DNA of 37,543 nucleotides from NCBI GenBank assembly GCA_031273105.1, contig JAISSN010000105.1, positions 1-37,543 of the forward strand, written 5' to 3'. The translations under genes and the position numbers were made by a program. The DNA is from Holophagales bacterium (lineage in GTDB: Bacteria > Acidobacteriota > Holophagae > Holophagales > Holophagaceae). The notes beneath the pieces were generated by a model. That model did not search any database and was not told the origin of the DNA. It saw nothing but the letters and a program-made list of their open reading frames with translations. Positions 35,121 to 37,543 of the stretch are shown here, one piece after another; position 1 is the first letter of the stretch; every line of letters begins with the position of its first letter.

Positions 35121-36905
35121 TTATGATTTTTTAATATTCGGAAGCTCCAGGCCATAGCCCTTTTTACGGTCTGTCGCCTTGAGCATCATGGCTACTATAA
35201 GAGCCAAAACGCCAAAGGATACGAATATCACCATAGGAAGTGTATAGTCGTAAGTCTTTGGACTGCCGGGCTCGCTGGTTATACAAAAGCGACCTAGAAC
35301 CCAGCCAATCAAAAGCGGCACAAGCCCTAAACCAATATTTTGAATGAAAAAGATCATGGCGTACGCCGTGCCGAGCTGTTTTTCAGGAATCAACTTTGGA
35401 ACGCTCGGCCACATAGCCGAAGGCACTAAAGAGAAGCCAATTCCAAGAAGCAGGACGGCGAAAAGGGCATACCCCCAATGGTCGAAGGCGGGTATGGAGA
35501 AGATCGTATGGACAATAATCAAAAGCACAGCGCCCAGCGCCATGATGGAGGCCCCTTTGCCCTTGCGGTCATAGATAGTCCCGAATACAGGCGTCAGCAG
35601 TATCGTGCCAAAGGGCAATAGAGATGGTATATAGCCGGCGTATTTAGGATCAATTCCGTACTTTTGAACCATGAGGTCAACGGCGAAGTCAAGGTACGGA
35701 AATACGGCTGAATAAAACAGGACGCACAGCACAGCTATCAGCCAGAAACCATGGTTGGTCAATATTTGTAAGATATCCGAAAACTTAAACGCGTCCTCGT
35801 TTTTCTGTTCCGCACTTTCAGCCAAAACCGCAGGCTCGCTGGCGTCCAGCTTTCTGTCCATCCGGGTGTAAAAAATAAATCCCAGCGTACCTATGACAAT
35901 AAGAATTATCCCAAACAAGATTGGTGCAGGAATCCCCCATTTAACAGCCATTGCGAGGCCGAATGCCAGGGCTATGCCAGTACCCATCCTGGCGGCGGCC
36001 ATCTCAAGGCCCATGGCAAGCGCCAGTTCTTTGCCCTTAAACCACTTGACGATTATCTTGGAAACAGTGATGCCCGCGACTTCATCTCCCATGCAAAATA
36101 TGGCAAAACCGGCGGATGCAAGCCACACCTGGGTGATGACGGGAAACCCTCCGGCCAGCGCGTAATAGCAGGTTGACGCGCCCACAAGCATCACGATGCA
36201 GGCCATGATGCCCGTAAACCTCACGCCCTTCTTGTCCAGGATTATACCGCCTATCACTAACATTCCGGCAAACACGTTCAGCCACATGTAAGAAAACCTG
36301 AAAAAGCCAAAGTCAAAGTCAGTCCACCCCTTGACAGCGGCTTCAAGCTCAATTTCACCGGCTTCAACCTTAGCCTCAGGAGCTTCAACCTTAACTTCAC
36401 CGGCTTCGGTAACAATCGCTGTCAAAAGATTTGTTATGGTTATGGGAGTTGGATTTTCCACCGCTTCAGTAGGTTCAGGAGTATAGGCGTATGAAACCTC
36501 AATATCAGCGGCACCAGGGACTCCATGCGTGATCCTCGCGGTTTGTCCCTTAGCGGTGTCCAGGATTACAACAGCATCCGAATCGTCATCTTCAGTATCA
36601 GATGTTCTGCTGTTTTTGATTGACCAGACCACTTTGTCATAATCAACGGCGGCCCTGACATCATCAGCGCCATAGAAAGTTGCCTTGACAGCCACGTCTG
36701 CCGCGCCTGTTGCATCATCCTGTTCAAGTGTTACTTTTTCAAGCGCAACTCTCACTGGTATAACCACCTCAACTACCAACGCTGTCTTAATGGCCGACGT
36801 CACTTTTTCAAAGTGGTAGCCGCACAGCATCGTGAATGAGACTATGGCCAGCGCAATCCAGCGCATGGACTTGGATTCCCTCAGGGATTGTTTGACTGTT
36901 TTCAT
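35121..36905 (-). CDS. MFS transporter with a ~160-aa extracytoplasmic insertion between TM1 and TM2
   Basis: About 12 hydrophobic segments. MFS motif A-like GGIILDKKGVRF after TM2. The insert at aa ~33-195 resembles a bacterial Ig-like (Big_2-type) domain. Confidence 0.8.
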   Translation of the reverse strand: MKTVKQSLRESKSMRWIALAIVSFTMLCGYHFEKVTSAIKTALVVEVVIPVRVALEKVTLEQDDATGAADVAVKATFYGADDVRAAVDYDKVVWSIKNSRTSDTEDDDSDAVVILDTAKGQTARITHGVPGAADIEVSYAYTPEPTEAVENPTPITITNLLTAIVTEAGEVKVEAPEAKVEAGEIELEAAVKGWTDFDFGFFRFSYMWLNVFAGMLVIGGIILDKKGVRFTGIMACIVMLVGASTCYYALAGGFPVITQVWLASAGFAIFCMGDEVAGITVSKIIVKWFKGKELALAMGLEMAAARMGTGIALAFGLAMAVKWGIPAPILFGIILIVIGTLGFIFYTRMDRKLDASEPAVLAESAEQKNEDAFKFSDILQILTNHGFWLIAVLCVLFYSAVFPYLDFAVDLMVQKYGIDPKYAGYIPSLLPFGTILLTPVFGTIYDRKGKGASIMALGAVLLIIVHTIFSIPAFDHWGYALFAVLLLGIGFSLVPSAMWPSVPKLIPEKQLGTAYAMIFFIQNIGLGLVPLLIGWVLGRFCITSEPGSPKTYDYTLPMVIFVSFGVLALIVAMMLKATDRKKGYGLELPNIKKS

Positions 36906-37055
36906 GACGTCTCACTTAAAAAAAGGTGGTGTTGAGAGTGCGCCGCGCCAAAGAGGGAACGGCATGGACGCAAATTTTAGCGCAAAATGTGCCAAAATTG
37001 TGTAAATATCAAAACCAGCCAATGCGTTTCAAAAAAAATGAGACCTGGTGTTCCA

Positions 37056-37156
37056 GTGTACTTGTGTACTAGAAAAAGAAAACAGGTTGAAAAATAAGGA
37101 TATTTTTATTTATTTTTTGGTACACACACTTTATTTACTGTGTACCATCAGTGTAA
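37056..37156. promoter_or_regulatory. Array of GTGTAC/GTACAC motifs upstream of the MFS gene
   Basis: gtgtac at 37056 and 37064 (tandem, 8-nt period). ggtacaca (37119..37126) pairs with tgtgtacc (37139..37146) as an 8-bp inverted repeat. gtgtaa at 37151. Confidence 0.4.
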
Positions 37157-37379
37157 CATTGAGCCTCTTTGATGGCTGGCTCAATCTTTCACTTCCAGAG
37201 AGACCTGCCCCGATACCCAAAGAGATTCAAGACATAGCTAGGACGCTTCAACCTTTCCGGCTTGCCATTCAGACACCCTCCAGGCGGCAAAGGCCATGAA
37301 ACGGGCATGGGGCCAAACAAATCACAATGGCAAACCACACTATGAAAAACGCTGGATGAAGTCTGAAAAAACATACATA

Positions 37380-37413
37380 CTATTATAGTCGTTCAACTTT
37401 GAAAAAGTTGAAC
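37380..37413 (+). repeat. Shared box ctattatagtcgt followed by a perfect 10-bp hairpin
   Basis: The box at 37380..37392 is identical to 8548..8560. gttcaacttt (37391..37400) pairs with aaagttgaac (37404..37413). Confidence 0.7.
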
Positions 37414-37421
37414 CGCGCGGT

Positions 37422-37543
37422 GCACGCAGACTGCGCTGAGAGTGTAGCGAGCCGCCGACAGGCGGGGAGAGAAACGGGAAGCTGCGGATACGGCGTCGCA
37501 AGCGTTCCAAGCGCAGACGTATCTTGAATACTGCAAGACGCTT
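37422..37543 (-). repeat. Intergenic repeat, copy 2 (inverted relative to 6839..6930); touches the window edge
   Basis: The reverse complement aligns with 6839..6930 along its whole length, apart from one extra 30-nt block. That block carries a module also seen at 8649..8667. Confidence 0.85.

Noticed and set aside
36980-36995. Sigma54-like TTGGCAC-N-TGC on the minus strand upstream of the MFS gene
   Set aside because: The GG and GC elements are two nt closer together than in the canonical -24/-12 promoter.
37048-37374. Track ORFs 37048..37299(+) and 37189..37374(-)
   Set aside because: They overlap each other in an AT-rich structured leader and have no RBS or motifs.
37340-37543. Minus-strand frame open from the right edge (…KRLAVFKIRLRLERLRRRIRSFPFLSPPVGGSLH…QRFS*)
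   Set aside because: It is a translation of the intergenic repeat, is extremely basic, and its homologous copy at 6839 sits in clearly non-coding context. A real gene tail cannot be fully excluded without the flanking sequence.

Overview
This window looks like core chromosome from a diderm (Gram-negative-type) bacterium. By eye the GC content is roughly 50-55%, and I cannot name the lineage. I support 30 protein-coding genes, three tRNAs, several regulatory or terminator candidates and several repeats.

Most genes are housekeeping: recA, folD, surE, murI, rpsU, the GTPases der and engB, SurA/parvulin-type chaperones, a ComF-family protein and a lytic transglycosylase. The tRNAs are initiator fMet-CAU, Arg-CCG and Val-GAC.

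The rest are:
- A tetR-controlled efflux operon (TetR, TolC-like protein, membrane fusion protein). The fusion-protein gene runs off the left edge and is missing from the ORF track; I translated it by hand.
- A signalling block of hybrid histidine kinase, REC-HD-GYP response regulator and second hybrid histidine kinase.
- An NtrY-like kinase, a stand-alone Hpt protein and a Ser/Thr kinase with a degenerate receiver domain.
- A tightly coupled kce-kamA-P-loop trio.
- An MFS transporter with a large extra loop domain.

I found no transposase, integrase, phage, CRISPR or recognisable defence genes, and no obvious novel multi-gene system. The observations most worth a second look are:
1. The kce-kamA pair with an unplaceable double-P-loop partner and no other lysine-fermentation genes nearby.
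2. A mosaic family of intergenic repeats, partly in front of tRNA genes. One pair is inverted and differs by exactly 30 nt.
3. An abrupt drop in GC inside one hybrid kinase ORF.
4. An Ig-like insertion in loop 1 of the MFS transporter.
5. Several long perfect inverted repeats and operator-like arrays.

All functional calls come from motif recognition by eye. No database search was run.
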